Both the position numbers and the translations under genes were made by a program. 64,000 nt of DNA from Eledone cirrhosa (lineage: Eukaryota). Each line of letters opens with the position of its first letter. Within the stretch, counting starts at the first letter, position 1. The stretch is from contig OZ024742.1 in assembly GCA_964016885.1 (NCBI GenBank), positions 197,780,001-197,844,000 of the forward strand. Reading direction: 5' to 3'. Positions 10,751-22,620 of this stretch are shown here, one piece after another. The notes under the pieces were generated by a model. That model was not told where the DNA came from and made no database searches. It saw nothing but the letters and a program-made list of their open reading frames with translations.

Positions 10751-13740
10751 TCATCATCATTTTACGTCTGCTCTTCCCTGGTTGCAAGGGTGGCACGGGT
10801 CTTATTCAGCACAGCATCTCTCCACTTGTCGTGGTCCTTCGTCATCTCCACCGTGAGCTTCAGCGATCTGAGGTCTGTTCTCACCACCTCTGCTCATGTT
10901 TTTCGTGGTCTACCTCTACCACATCTTCCTTCAACTGGCATTTCCTGGCACTTCTTCACCCATTGGTCATCCTCCATGCGCATCACATGTCCATACCACC
11001 TCAGTCTCCTCTCCCGTACACTACATTCTATCCCTCTCAGACACAGTTTCTCTCTCAACACATTCATGCTGGGTTGTTCACGCACATTGACACTGCACAT
11101 CCAACGGAGTATGTTTGCCTCATTTCTCTCCAGCGGTCGGATATCCTCTGCAGTTGCTGCCCATGTCTCACTACCATGCAACATCGCGCTCCTCACACAG
11201 GCATCATATAACCGGCCTTTTGTACGCAGGGAGAAACCCTTCTTCGTCAGCAGAGGAAGCAGCTCCCTAAACTTCTTCCAACCCGTCCTTATTCTAGATA
11301 CTATGGCCTCGGAACACCCCCCTCCCATGCTAATCTGATCTCCTAGGTACCGGAAGCTATCCACCACTTCTATAGCGCCCTCCTGCATTTGAAAAATGTG
11401 TCTATCAATGCGACTTCTGCTGTCTAATTTCCCTGTACATCTACTGCATACATATTTCTCCCTACCTGTTAATTTGCCTGCTATCTCGCTACATCTCTTG
11501 TGTACCCAGGATCTGCATTGTGTGCATTTTATAGAATTTATGCCAGTTCCTTTTCTGCATATCGAACATGGCCATTTCCTTGACGGAATCAGAGTTTTGT
11601 CTCTTTTCTACTCATCAATACTTTTGTCTTAGCTAGGTTCACTCTCAGTCCTCTTTTTTCCAACTGCTGTTTCCATAGCCAGAATTTATTCTCTAGCTCC
11701 TATACTGATTCTGCTATAAGAACCAGATCGTCAGCATAGAGAAGTTCCCATGGACAGCCAGTCTTAAACTCCTCTGTTATGGCTTGGAGGACTATAATGA
11801 ACAAGAGCGGGCTGAGGACCGAACCTTGATGTACTCCTACTTGTATCTGGAATTCCTCACTAAACTACATTCCTACCCTGACTTTACTGACAGTACCTCT
11901 GTACAAAGTTTGCACTGTCCTCACAAGCCATTCCTCAACACCTAGTTTCCTTAGGGACCACCAGATGACAGATCGGGGTACACTATCAAAGGCCTTCTCT
12001 AGGTCAACAAAGGCTAAATATAGTGGCTTATTTTTCTCTAAGAACCTCTCTTGCAATTGTCTCACCAAGAAGAGGGCATCTGTTGTACTCTTGCCAGGCA
12101 CAAAACCAAACTGCATCTCATCTAGTTTGACCCTTTCTCTAATTAGTTGTGCTAATATCCTTTCTGCCACTTTCATAACCTGATCCATCAGTTTTATACC
12201 CCTATAATTGCTCCTCTCCAGAGCATCCTCTTTACTTTTGTAGCAATTTATGAGAATACTGCTGCACCAGTCTTTGGGTATGACACCACCATATATAGCC
12301 TGATTGATGATGCGTGCAACCAGCTTAGTGCCTACGTCCCCTGATGCCTTCAGCATCTCAGAAACTATTCCCGATGGTCCAGCAGTCTTACCATTTTTCA
12401 TTTCCTTAATCGCCTCTTCGACCCTATATTCGTCAATCTCAATAGCTGGTCCCTCTGTCGGATCTACTGAGGGTAATTTCTCTCTCTCCCATTCGTTCTC
12501 CACATTCATCAGTCTCTCATAATGACATTTCCAGGCCTCCTTTTTCTGATCATTCGTGACACTAAGTACACCGGCATCATTCCGGACACATTTATCTCCA
12601 ACAACATCCTGATTTGCATTGACACACTGCCTTGCAATGTGGAACACTGCACGCCTCTGATCTTCCTGTCGCAGAACATTGGCAAACCTCCTACTCTCAG
12701 CCTCCCTGCGTGCTAAGTACACCTGACGTCTAGCTTCTCTCTTAGCGGCTGTATATTCTTCCCCACTCCCAAGCCTTCCATGCTAGTCTTTTGTCTCTGC
12801 CTTATCTAATGTGCTGTTCCACCACCAGGTCACTCTCTGTCTGGTTGGAGCTCTGCTCCAGCCACAAGTTTCATCAGTAGCCTGCAGCAAGTTGTCACGT
12901 AAGAAATTCCAGTTATTATCTATGTCATACGTCTCTAAATCGTCTTCTTTTGCATCATACACATCAAAGGGTTTTCCTAAATTTGTATTTTAGTGAAAGG
13001 TCTTTTAGCTTCCAGACCTTTCTTCTCCATACCTTCCTGTATGTCTCATTCCATCTCTTGCTTACTGAGATATCACTAACGACTAACCTATGCTGTGGGG
13101 TACATTCTTCCCCAGGGTATGCCTTGGTATTAGACACTATCTGCTTGTCCCGCTGCCTAACTAGTTAGAAGTCAATCTGGCTTATGTGCTAGCCAGATTT
13201 GTAGGTTATTAGGTGGTTGGCAGGTTTCTGGAAGTTTGTGTTGTAAATAGTGTACTTGCATCACAAAATTCAAGAAGTCTCACTCCTTCTTCATTTCTTG
13301 AGCCGTAACCGTGCCCACCATGTACCCCAGTGTAACCATCCTGGAGCTATCCAACATGACCATTGAAGTCCCCTGCTAGCATAACGATGTCTCCGTCCTC
13401 TGTCATTGCGGTTGTTTGTAAAAGTTGCTCGTAAAAGTAGTCTTTCTCATCTTTGCCTAGGCCTGCTTGGGGAGCATAGGCAGAGATGATTGTCAGTAGT
13501 CTCCTGCCTACAACTAATCTAAGCTTAATTATTCGATTACTAACTCGAACTACCTCTATTGTCTTATTGATCCATCTCTCAGCCAGGAAAATGCCTACTC
13601 CCCCTAACCCATCATCCTTACCTACCCAGAAAAGCTTATAGCTAAGATGTTTGCCTACGACTAGTCTCGCAGAGGCACCTCTCCATCTCACCTCTTGCAC
13701 GCAGCACATATCCACATGCCTTCTCTCCAACATCTCCGCT
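10751..13740 (-). mobile_element. RTE-clade LINE (copy A), near full-length ORF, disrupted
   Basis: APE endonuclease motifs (CVQEVRW, SAYAPQ, GDFNGHVG) in 13347-13733; RT motifs (NYRGIKL, QFGF, FVDLEKAFD, QGSVLSP, LYADD) in 11700-12722; C-terminus (YLGD, HGSETW, RRLRWYGHVMR, GRGRPRKT) in 10894-11388; (ATG)n tail; several stops and frameshifts. Confidence 0.95.
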
Positions 13741-13781
13741 ATTTATGATTTATCACATATATATGTGATAAATCATAAATA
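13740..13781. repeat. Perfect 42-bp palindrome at the LINE 5' junction
   Basis: TATTTATGATTTATCACATAT followed directly by ATATGTGATAAATCATAAATA. Confidence 0.9.
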
Positions 13782-13910
13782 AGAGACAAATGATTTAACC
13801 CTTTTGAATCCCACCAAAACCAGCTTTGGTTCTATAAAACAAATCCACCCATGACTGATTAACCTTGAGTTTGCCTCAAAAAGACACAAACTAGAATAGG
13901 ACCAGCAAGT

Positions 13911-14128
13911 CTCCCATCTCTATGATACCAATGTCAAAGGGTAAGATCAATACAACTGGAAACCTGGGTCAGAGTAACTCATATATACATCATCATCATC
14001 ATCATCACCACCATTATACACATACATGGATTAGACAGATTGTCACATACTGAGGTAAGACAGACAGATCAGGTGACTGTGTCTTGCTGATATGTGTGTG
14101 TGTGTGTGTCTATACATGCGCATGCACA

Positions 14129-14174
<46 letters not shown>

Positions 14175-14399
14175 ATATATAAATTTGTGGTCTTGCTATG
14201 CTTAACTAATGAATATATATATATATATATATATGAGCAAAACAGAGTCACCTGATCTGTCTGTCAGTATGTGACAAACCGTCTAATCCATGCATGTGTG
14301 GAAAATAGATGTAAAATAGTGATGATGATGATGTATACTCTGACCCAGCTTTCCAGTTGTATTGATCTTTCCCTTTGACATTGGTATCATAAAGATGGG
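13911..14399. repeat. Inverted duplication (arms about 170-180 bp) around a (TA)n-rich spacer
   Basis: About 13911-14093 is the diverged reverse complement of about 14231-14399; each arm includes an RTE-type tail plus flanking sequence. Confidence 0.8.
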
Positions 14400-14638
14400 G
14401 GCCCATGGTAGCATTGCAGGAGCCCACTGTAGTATTTTAGGGGCCAATGCTTTGCTTTCAACAAATATCTTTAAAAATAAGTCTAAAAGAAAGAATAATT
14501 TAAAAAAAAAAATAAATAAACAAATAAGCAAAGCATATGGTCAAACAATTCCCTAGGGAATTAATAGAAACCCAAATATATGATAGTGCTAACAGTCAGA
14601 ATCATTGGTTGTCTAACTTACTGTATTCATTCATGCAT

Positions 14639-14697
<59 letters not shown>

Positions 14698-15029
14698 TGC
14701 ACTGTTGTACAAAGGAAAGGCCAATACAGCCAGGTACTAGTGTCATCACAACTAATTTTTTGCAGCTGAGTGAACTGGAAAAACATGACAGTGTCTTGCT
14801 CAAGGACACAATGTACCACAAGGTCTTGGAATTGAACTCGCGATCTAATTATGAGGTCAGTTCCCTAACTGCTAAGCCATGCACTACACTATAACAACTG
14901 CCAATTCACCATTTAAGTATGAAGAAATATTCCATATTTTCTATCTATAGTACACTTAAACTTATTACATCAGATTATCACAGAAGTTATACATGTAAAA
15001 TTCCAAAGAAACAACAATATATATATTTA

Positions 15030-15240
15030 CTACCACCACCACAGCATCATCACAACCACCACACTATCAACACCACCACAACACCATCATCACGACCACC
15101 ACACTATCAACACCACCACAACACCATCATCACGACCACCACCACACCGTCAATACCGCCACCACAAAACCATACCACAACACCATCAGCACCACTAACA
15201 TCGCCAGTAACAGCCCACCAACACTACTAACAACAATAAT
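15030..15240. repeat. (CAC/CAT/CAA)n low-complexity tract
   Basis: Imperfect triplet repeat with an internal duplication of about 40 bp. Confidence 0.85.
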
Positions 15241-15609
15241 GAGAGATGCTTTCAATGCCATATTCATAAAATTTCAGGAGGAGTATGGGTCGTTTTACTT
15301 CTTGTTTTTTTTTTTTGTTTTTTAGACAAAATACGGTCAAGATCAGATTTTTAGGTCATTTAACCAATATAAAATATGAAGAAAATGTGTATATGGAAGG
15401 GCAATTTACTTGTAAGCGCTTCTAGAATTTATAACTGTAATGTTAAAGGCATGAAGATTGAATTGTTACAAGAGAACACCAATTGCTTTGTAATTTAAAC
15501 TAAGCATGATCTGTCTTCATGGTTGTTTTTTATTTTGTTAAAGTTATCTTTCTTTTCTTGGTACAGTGTTTTTCTGTGATGTAATGTGATCTAGTTGTTG
15601 AAAACAGAC

Positions 15610-16030
15610 CATCATTTTACATCTATTTTTCCATGTTGGCATATATTGCATGGGTCTTTTCCAGCACATCCTCCCTCCACTTGTTGCTTTCCTTCATCAT
15701 CTCCTGTGTGAAATTCAATATTTGATCCACCAACTTTGTCCCAGTCATTGTCAGTCTTCCTCTGCAGCTTCTTTCTTCAGAAATCTCTTAACACTTCTTC
15801 ATCCAACAATCATCAGCCATACACATCACATGTCCATACTAGAACATTCATTTCTCTTGCACACTGCATCTGATTCCTCTAATGTCAAACTTTTCTTTCA
15901 ACCAACATTACTGGAGCATTACATTATTGGAGCATGCTTGGTTTTTTTTTCTCTCTCCAGCCTTTGCATATCCTCACTGTCAATGTTTCACTACCATGCA
16001 ACATTGCAGTTTGCATGTAGGCATCACTTG
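15610..16030 (-). mobile_element. Degenerate 3' fragment of an RTE LINE
   Basis: Colinear similarity to 10751-11230 (CATCACATGTCCATAC encodes YGHVM on the minus strand; tail CATTTTACATCT). Confidence 0.7.
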
Positions 16031-16125
16031 AAGTTTAATTTTCATTTGATGAGGTTATTTTGTATAGCTAAGCTGTTATCTTTTCAAGTGTATCATAGCA
16101 AAATTTAGCAGACCAAACATTAGGT

Positions 16126-16354
16126 TTAACCCTTTAGCATTTACATTACTCTTTGTTTACTATTATATTTTCAAGGTAAACACTTTACATCACATAATTA
16201 TCTCACATAATATCGAATTTATGAGATTTTGATGATATTTATTTTGAGAACAATACCTTAACATAAGTATAAGCAGCCAGTTATGGCCGGTTTGAACAGA
16301 AAGAGGTGAGAGAATTCTGGCCGGATGTGGCTGGTTTAAATGCTAAAGGGTTAA
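16126..16354. mobile_element. piggyBac-type MITE family 1, complete
   Basis: TTAA TSD on both sides; TIRs CCCTTTAGCATTTA / TAAATGCTAAAGGG. Confidence 0.9.
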
Positions 16355-16458
16355 GCTGTGTTGTTTTGCGTTGTAGTTGGGTTGTCCATAACTTGCTTGT
16401 CAATGAATTCTGAGCAATAAAGAGGGGAGTCATGGTAGGAGAGAATTATGTAGGAGTA

Positions 16459-16966
16459 CAGGTTAAGAATCCTTTATCCAAAAAATTCCAAAATCCAGAA
16501 GTATTTTTTTACAGTTGACATTATATAAAACTACTTTTAATTTATATATACCTAACTTTAGGATGTATGTAGTTTTTATAAAACTACAACTATATATACC
16601 TACATTTAGGATATATGCAATTTTTCTACACCTACCTTCAGGATATATATAATTTATATATACCTAGCTTCACGGTGTATATAATTCATATATATCTATC
16701 TTCAGGGTAAATGTAATTTATATATACATACAACTAGTGTATATGTAATTTATTTACCTTTAGGATATATCTAATTTATATCTTCAAGGTATATGTATAA
16801 GCTATATTATGATATGTAAATGGATATATTTAAGTTTGGATTCCACCTCCAAAATGACCCATTTTATAGATACTGTAGACAAAATATGCAAATATTCCAA
16901 AATCAGGAGAGCAAAACATCCAACACTTTCAGTTCAAAGCGTTTTGAATAAAGGATTCTTAATTCA
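16459..16966. mobile_element. Tigger/pogo-type (MER46-like) MITE with an internal tandem repeat of about 32 bp
   Basis: TA-CAGGTTAAGAATCCTTTATCCAAAA and TTTTGAATAAAGGATTCTTAA inverted termini; repeated AATTTATATATACCTA-CTT-AGGATATATGT units at 16540-16800. Confidence 0.65.
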
Positions 16967-17149
16967 TATATGCAGTAGTTTATTTTCTCATTAGCTAAGG
17001 AACTATGAGAAATACTACAGAATACCCCAAAACTAACATTTCTATATTTTGGTTTTAAAAATTTATAATTAGTCTTTGGAATTCCTTTTTTATAATTCTC
17101 CTTCAAATAATAATAATGATGATAACAACAACAAGATTGCATAGGTCTT

Positions 17150-17398
17150 GACATATGATGCATATACAAAAAGAAAGATCACCAAGAGATCCCAGTAGAA
17201 GGAAGCTGAAGAAGAAGACAACGAAGAAAGACCAAGGCAGAGGTGATGAGAGCTGATCTCAAAACACTGATCCTCACAGAGAAGATAACAAAGTAACACA
17301 AGTGGTGGATGGTTGTGATGGGAAAGACCTATCAAACCCACGCAAGCTGAGAAAAAATAGAAGTATAATGATAATGATGATGATGATGATGATGATGA
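17150..17398 (+). mobile_element. Degenerate 3' fragment of an RTE LINE
   Basis: GGAAGACC...GCTGATCTC...CTCACAGAG pattern and (GAT)n tail, similar to the 3' end of LINE A. Confidence 0.6.
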
Positions 17399-18072
17399 AG
17401 AATAATGTTTGGCAAGAAAAAGGTCAATGAAAGATTTTTTTTAAAAAATCAAAAATAAACAAGGAGGTGACAGGAATTTAGCACAAGGCCAGCAATTTGG
17501 GGGGAGAGAGGAAAGCCAATCATATTGTCTTCAGTAGTTGACTGGTACTTTATTTTATCAACCTCCGATGGAGAAAAAGCAAAGATGACTTCAGCAGGAT
17601 TTGAACTCAGAATGTAATGGGGTTAAAACAAATACTGCAAAATATTTTGTTTGACACTAACCATTCTGCCATACCACCACGCTGACATGATAGTGATAAT
17701 AACGATGATAATAATAACGATGATAGTAATAGTGATAATGATAATAATTAAAGCTAAATTGAAGACAAAAGAGATTTGCAGCTATTTCTGAATAGTTCTT
17801 AATTCACTGAGGTTTGTCTCTAAATAAAGACGATTAAGTTTCCTCATTGACAAAAAACAAATGAATGGTAAAAATAAAATTAAATAAAAAGAAAAGCTAA
17901 AATAATGCAAAAAGAAAAAAAATACAAAAAAAAATGGTGTCTGCAAATACATGAATAGAAACAACCCAGTAGTCTAGTTAGTTTGTTTGTTAGTTTTTTT
18001 TTATGTTTTTATATTTCCGTATTTGTTATAATTTTAAAGTAGCATCAACCGGTAAGTTGGTTTGCTATTTAA

Positions 18073-18655
18073 TCATCATCATTATCAACATGTTATGCTG
18101 GCACGATTTGGATGGATTGTGATGGTGTGAGCCTAGAGAGGATTGGAGAAACTTCATCATAGTAATTTGTTCATTATTTTGGCATGATCTATATGAATGG
18201 ATGCCCTTCCTAATGCCAAACACTTTACAGAGTGTACTGGGAGTATTTTATCATGGAACCAACACTACCACTTTACAGAGTGCACTGGGAACATTTATCA
18301 TCGCACCAGCACTATTACTTTACAGAGTGTACTGGGATCATTTTATCATAGCACCATCACTACCACTTTACAGAGTGTACTGGGAACATTTTATCATGGC
18401 ACCAGCATTACCACTTTATATAGTGTACTGGGAGCATTTTATCGTGGCAACAGCACCATTACTTTACAAAGTATCCTGGGAACATTCTATCATGAAACTA
18501 GCACTATTACTTTACAGAGTATACTTTATCACCAGCACTATCCTGGGAACATTTGATCGTGGCACCAGCACTACAACTCTATATTGTGTACTGGGTTCAC
18601 TTTATCATGGTACCAGTAATGTAACTCTACCAAGTGCACTGGGTGCATTATATTG
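18073..18655 (-). mobile_element. RTE-tail element with about 9 tandem 48-bp units
   Basis: CATCATC tail, GGATGCCCTTCCTAATGCCAA motif, then repeats of CACTTTACAGAGTGTACTGGGAACATTTTATCATGGCACCAGCACTAC at 18221-18650. Confidence 0.85.
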
Positions 18656-19629
18656 TTTTATTTTCTTTAAATATTTCCTTATTTATTTTGTTTTTTAAAA
18701 ATAACATAGCAGAATTCAGCAGCAGTATGCACAGTTATTACATAATTCGTTTATCAGTCAGCTCTACTCCTTCCTCAAACACTTCTAAGTATAACAATGA
18801 TAATGATGATAATAATAATAATAATGATAATGATTTCTTTATTGGCCACAAGGGCTGACATCAAGAAAAACATTACAGACGACACAGGACGGTACGATGT
18901 GGGTTTTGTGCGTGTAAAGATTTTTATTATTTATAAAAAAAATTAAAAAAATGTTTAAAAGATAATAATAATAATGGTGGTGGTGGTGAGGTGGTGATAG
19001 TGGTGGAAGCTAAATCGAGTATTTCAAGCAAACTAAACAAAACAGTACCCAACTTGTGATACAAACATAGAAGGCTTTTCTTTATATTTTTGGTGAAGAA
19101 GAAAGAAAGAAGGGGAAAAAGAAAAACTTTCACATCATTTGAAGCATGAAAAAAATATTAATTTGGATGTGCTGTGAATATGAAGTTATATATAGAGAGA
19201 GAGAAATAAACTGGCTCTTAACTGACTGAATATAAATCAGGTTTTATTGAGTGAGTGAAATTTCTGTGATATTATTGCAGTCGGGATCTTTTAAGTTGTT
19301 GGAAGGCATGTTATGGGTTTGCAGAAGTCAGTAAAATAAAGTACCACTAATATTGTTGGCCTTGTGCCTAAATTAGAAACAGAGGCTAGTGAATTGGCAG
19401 AATTGTGAGAGCACCATACAAATGCTTTGTGGTATGATGGCTTTTTACATTCAATCCCTGTCAAGGTCAACTTTGTTTTCCATCTCACAGGAAGTGGGGT
19501 GTCGATAAAATAAATTACCAATCAAGTTTTGGGGTTGATAAAATTGACATTCTCTTCCTTCTCAAATTGCTGGTCTTGTGCCTAAATTAAAAATGATACT
19601 TGGTTGGCTTATTAAAGGGGAAAACCACC

Positions 19630-20060
19630 CTCATCCCCATGAGTAATGATACAACAAACCCTCAAACTACAGAGCCATAGCATGCCTTCCTACAACATGG
19701 AAGACCCTAACTGCAATATCACAGAAACTGACCAAGCACTTAGGAAAAAAAAAATAAAACAACCAGCTTCCAGACGAACAGAAAGAATGCTGCAAAAGCT
19801 CATATGGCTGTAAAGATCAATTATAATTGATTAATAATTATTAATCAACAAAGCCATTACTGAAAACTGTAGAAAAGGAAAAGATATCTCAGCATGACAT
19901 GGATTGATTACCAGAAGGCTTTTGACAATGTTGCCCATACATGGATACTGAACACACTGGCTATAAATAGAGTAGCGCCATCAATAAAACCATTCATGAA
20001 ACATGCCATGAGTAAATGGCAAACAGTTCTGCAGATACAAACAAAAGATGGATTTATAAA
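19630..20060 (+). pseudogene. RT fragment of an R4/Dong-like non-LTR retrotransposon
   Basis: NYRAIACLPTTWKTLT, DEQKECC, GCKDQL and WIDYQKAFDNVAHTWI motifs; frameshifted. Confidence 0.75.
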
Positions 20061-20064
20061 AAAA

Positions 20065-20560
20065 AACGATAGCCTGCGAATCGGAGTTTCCCTGAAGCAC
20101 GGCCTCCAGATCTGCGAGCCACATAAATGTCGCTGCCAATTCCCTGTAGACTCTTTCTGCCTCCACCGCTACAGTGCCAGCCGCCTTCCACACGATGCTG
20201 CTTTCAAAGAGATCATAAAGAATGGCTTGGATGCTGCAGACTTCCCTTCCCAGCTCAAGCCAACAGGGTTGGACTGAGGGGATGGGAAAAGGCCAAAGAG
20301 TATGACAACTTCTCATTCACTTCGGCCCGAGGAGGCTAAACTCTCCAAATATCGGTCGCCCTCCGACAGGTTTGTGGTCGAACCCGTAGCAATGGAAACT
20401 TCTGGTATCCTTGGCCCACCTCTCTAATCACCACCATCGAAACAGAGTTGACTACCTGCAAGTATGAGCCTTGCGAGCTGGAATGGCTCTTCTAACACGT
20501 CCCCCTCACCATCCTCTGCGGATATGCCTTCTCTATTCTTTCCGCCGAGGCTGCCAGCAT
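20065..20560 (+). pseudogene. C-terminal zinc knuckle plus restriction-like endonuclease fragment of a CRE-like retrotransposon
   Basis: LRIGVSL..GLQICEPHKCRC, PTGLD*GDGKRP, then EEAKLSKY...FVVEPVAMETSGILGP. Confidence 0.75.
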
Positions 20561-21248
20561 GTGGGCTCCCATTTGCTTATAATAGTGAGATGGGGAGAGT
20601 AAAAGAGATGGAAGCAATGATTAAAAGAGATGGAGGCAATGAGTAAAAGAGATAGAACATCGACGCACACATGCACTTGGTAAGACAACGATAGGTGTAT
20701 CTTCTTATTTGTTAGCCAGAGATTCATAATTTATTTTGTTTTTATAAACATTATTATTTCTCTCCTTATAAAAAAAAAACTGAACGCTTCCCAATTAACA
20801 GAGTGATATTTCAAGGAAACTCCCTTTTATCACTCTTCTTCTGCCTAGCATTGACATCATTGCTGTCTACCAAATTCACTCATAAAGCATTGGTCAGCTT
20901 AAAGCTACTTGGCCAAGGTACCACATAGTAGAATTGAACATGGAATCATATGGTTACAAAGCAGACTTCTTAAGTACTCAGCCATGCATGCACTAGTAAT
21001 TCTTTTTATCATTCATAATGATAATGGAGGAGATATTTCAGGGGTGTGTTACAAAATGGAGATTTACATGGAATCAGTTTAGATAAGGTATACCATATTC
21101 CTGCATGTTGTAAGAGGTGTCTAACAGTGTTGGTACTAGTTAGAGTACTTGATCATGAAACATTGCTTCAAAAAGGACCCCATAATGAGCATGAAGTCTT
21201 TTATGGAGTCTGCAAAGCTAAACTCTGCCATATGAATGGAAAACAGCC

Positions 21249-21464
21249 TTAACTCTTTAGCATTTACATTACTTGATATTTGCTATTATATTTTCACAGT
21301 AAAGGCTTTACCTCACATAATTATCTCACATAATATAAAATCTATGACATTTTGATATTATTTATTTTGAGAACAATACCTTAATATCAGTTACGGCTGC
21401 TTTGAACAGAAAGAGGTGAGAGAATTCTGGCCGGATACAGCCGGTTTAAATGCTAAAGGGTTAA
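21249..21464. mobile_element. piggyBac-type MITE family 1, complete
   Basis: TTAA on both sides; high similarity to 16126-16354. Confidence 0.9.
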
Positions 21465-22399
21465 AATTCTTATTTCACTTTTACTGGCATTAAGTGACTG
21501 AAAGTGCAAGACTCCCTCCCTTTTAGATCACCTTGTAAAGTTAATCCTGCTGCTGCTGCCGGCACACATTCTGTCTGCTGAGTGAACTAGAGCAATGGTA
21601 AATGAAGTACCTTACTCAAGGACACAATGCACTACCTGGTCAGGCCTGTTTAAAAGCGTTTTAATCAGCTTATTTTCTAAAACAAATTCCCACATCATGT
21701 GGGAATTTTGGCCTTAAGTACATGTTGACCTCCAGAATTGAATACCACTGCACATTCTTTTATTATAGACACAAAGCCTGAGATTCTTTTTTTAACACTT
21801 TTGATACCAAACAACCTGAAATTTTCCCTGGGTCTACTATACAGTTGTAGTGCACCTGAGCCCTGCACACAATAATTTCATTATTATTATACAAAACTGC
21901 TTTAAAATGTTTATACTTAACTAAAAACTTTCCATCATAATTTTGCCTTGCAGGCCCCAACACAGGCTTCATATTCACCATAAGGTCCTTTTTGAGGCAG
22001 TTTTATGACAAAAAAGCCCTTCTTGGTGCCAACACCTTTGATTGCCTCTCACAATATGCAGCAACACTTGAAACCTTTAAAAAATAGACATTTTTGTTGG
22101 CATATTAAGTTTCACTTGCCATATGTCTAAGTATGCTGAGCTGTAAAATCTCAAATTTATACTTCACAATCAAACATTCATAAAAAATGATCAAATTTGA
22201 CTGAATTTTGCAACATATCTACATATTTTTGCTGAAAGGGATATTACCCATGGCTTTCACAGGGATATTGCCCATGGCTTTCACATGGCTCCAAGATTTG
22301 TTAAGTTGATGCCATTAATGTTCTGCTCAAACTGTTGCAAATCCACCCTTTTTGAAAAAAACATGAGCAGCGGGGGAGATCTAGAGATCTGAAGTTCTG

Positions 22400-22620
22400 A
22401 GCAAAAAGGATTTGGTGTAATAATGTTGGGTCAGAGGGTTGGAAACAATATGGGTGATGAGAGGAAAATAGACTAGTGAGTTGAAAGAGGATTCCAGAAG
22501 ACTGATGTTCTGGCCTAAAAAGACTTGATGTAGTGGTTAGTGTGGGACATGGTGAGTTAGACAACATGGATGAAAAGTAGAGAAGAGACAAGTAAATCAG
22601 ATGTGACTAAGTGAAAGTGG
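22400..22620 (-). mobile_element. Degenerate 3' fragment of a CR1/Jockey-group LINE
   Basis: Minus-strand RTSVFWNPL-like C-terminal motif; resembles 61510-61790. Confidence 0.4.

Noticed and set aside
10735-11338. Plus-strand ORFs of 158 and 182 aa
   Set aside because: Antisense shadows of the RTE coding region.
18221-18650. CRISPR-like regular array
   Set aside because: Units are contiguous, diverged tandem copies without unique spacers; the context is eukaryotic and there are no cas genes.
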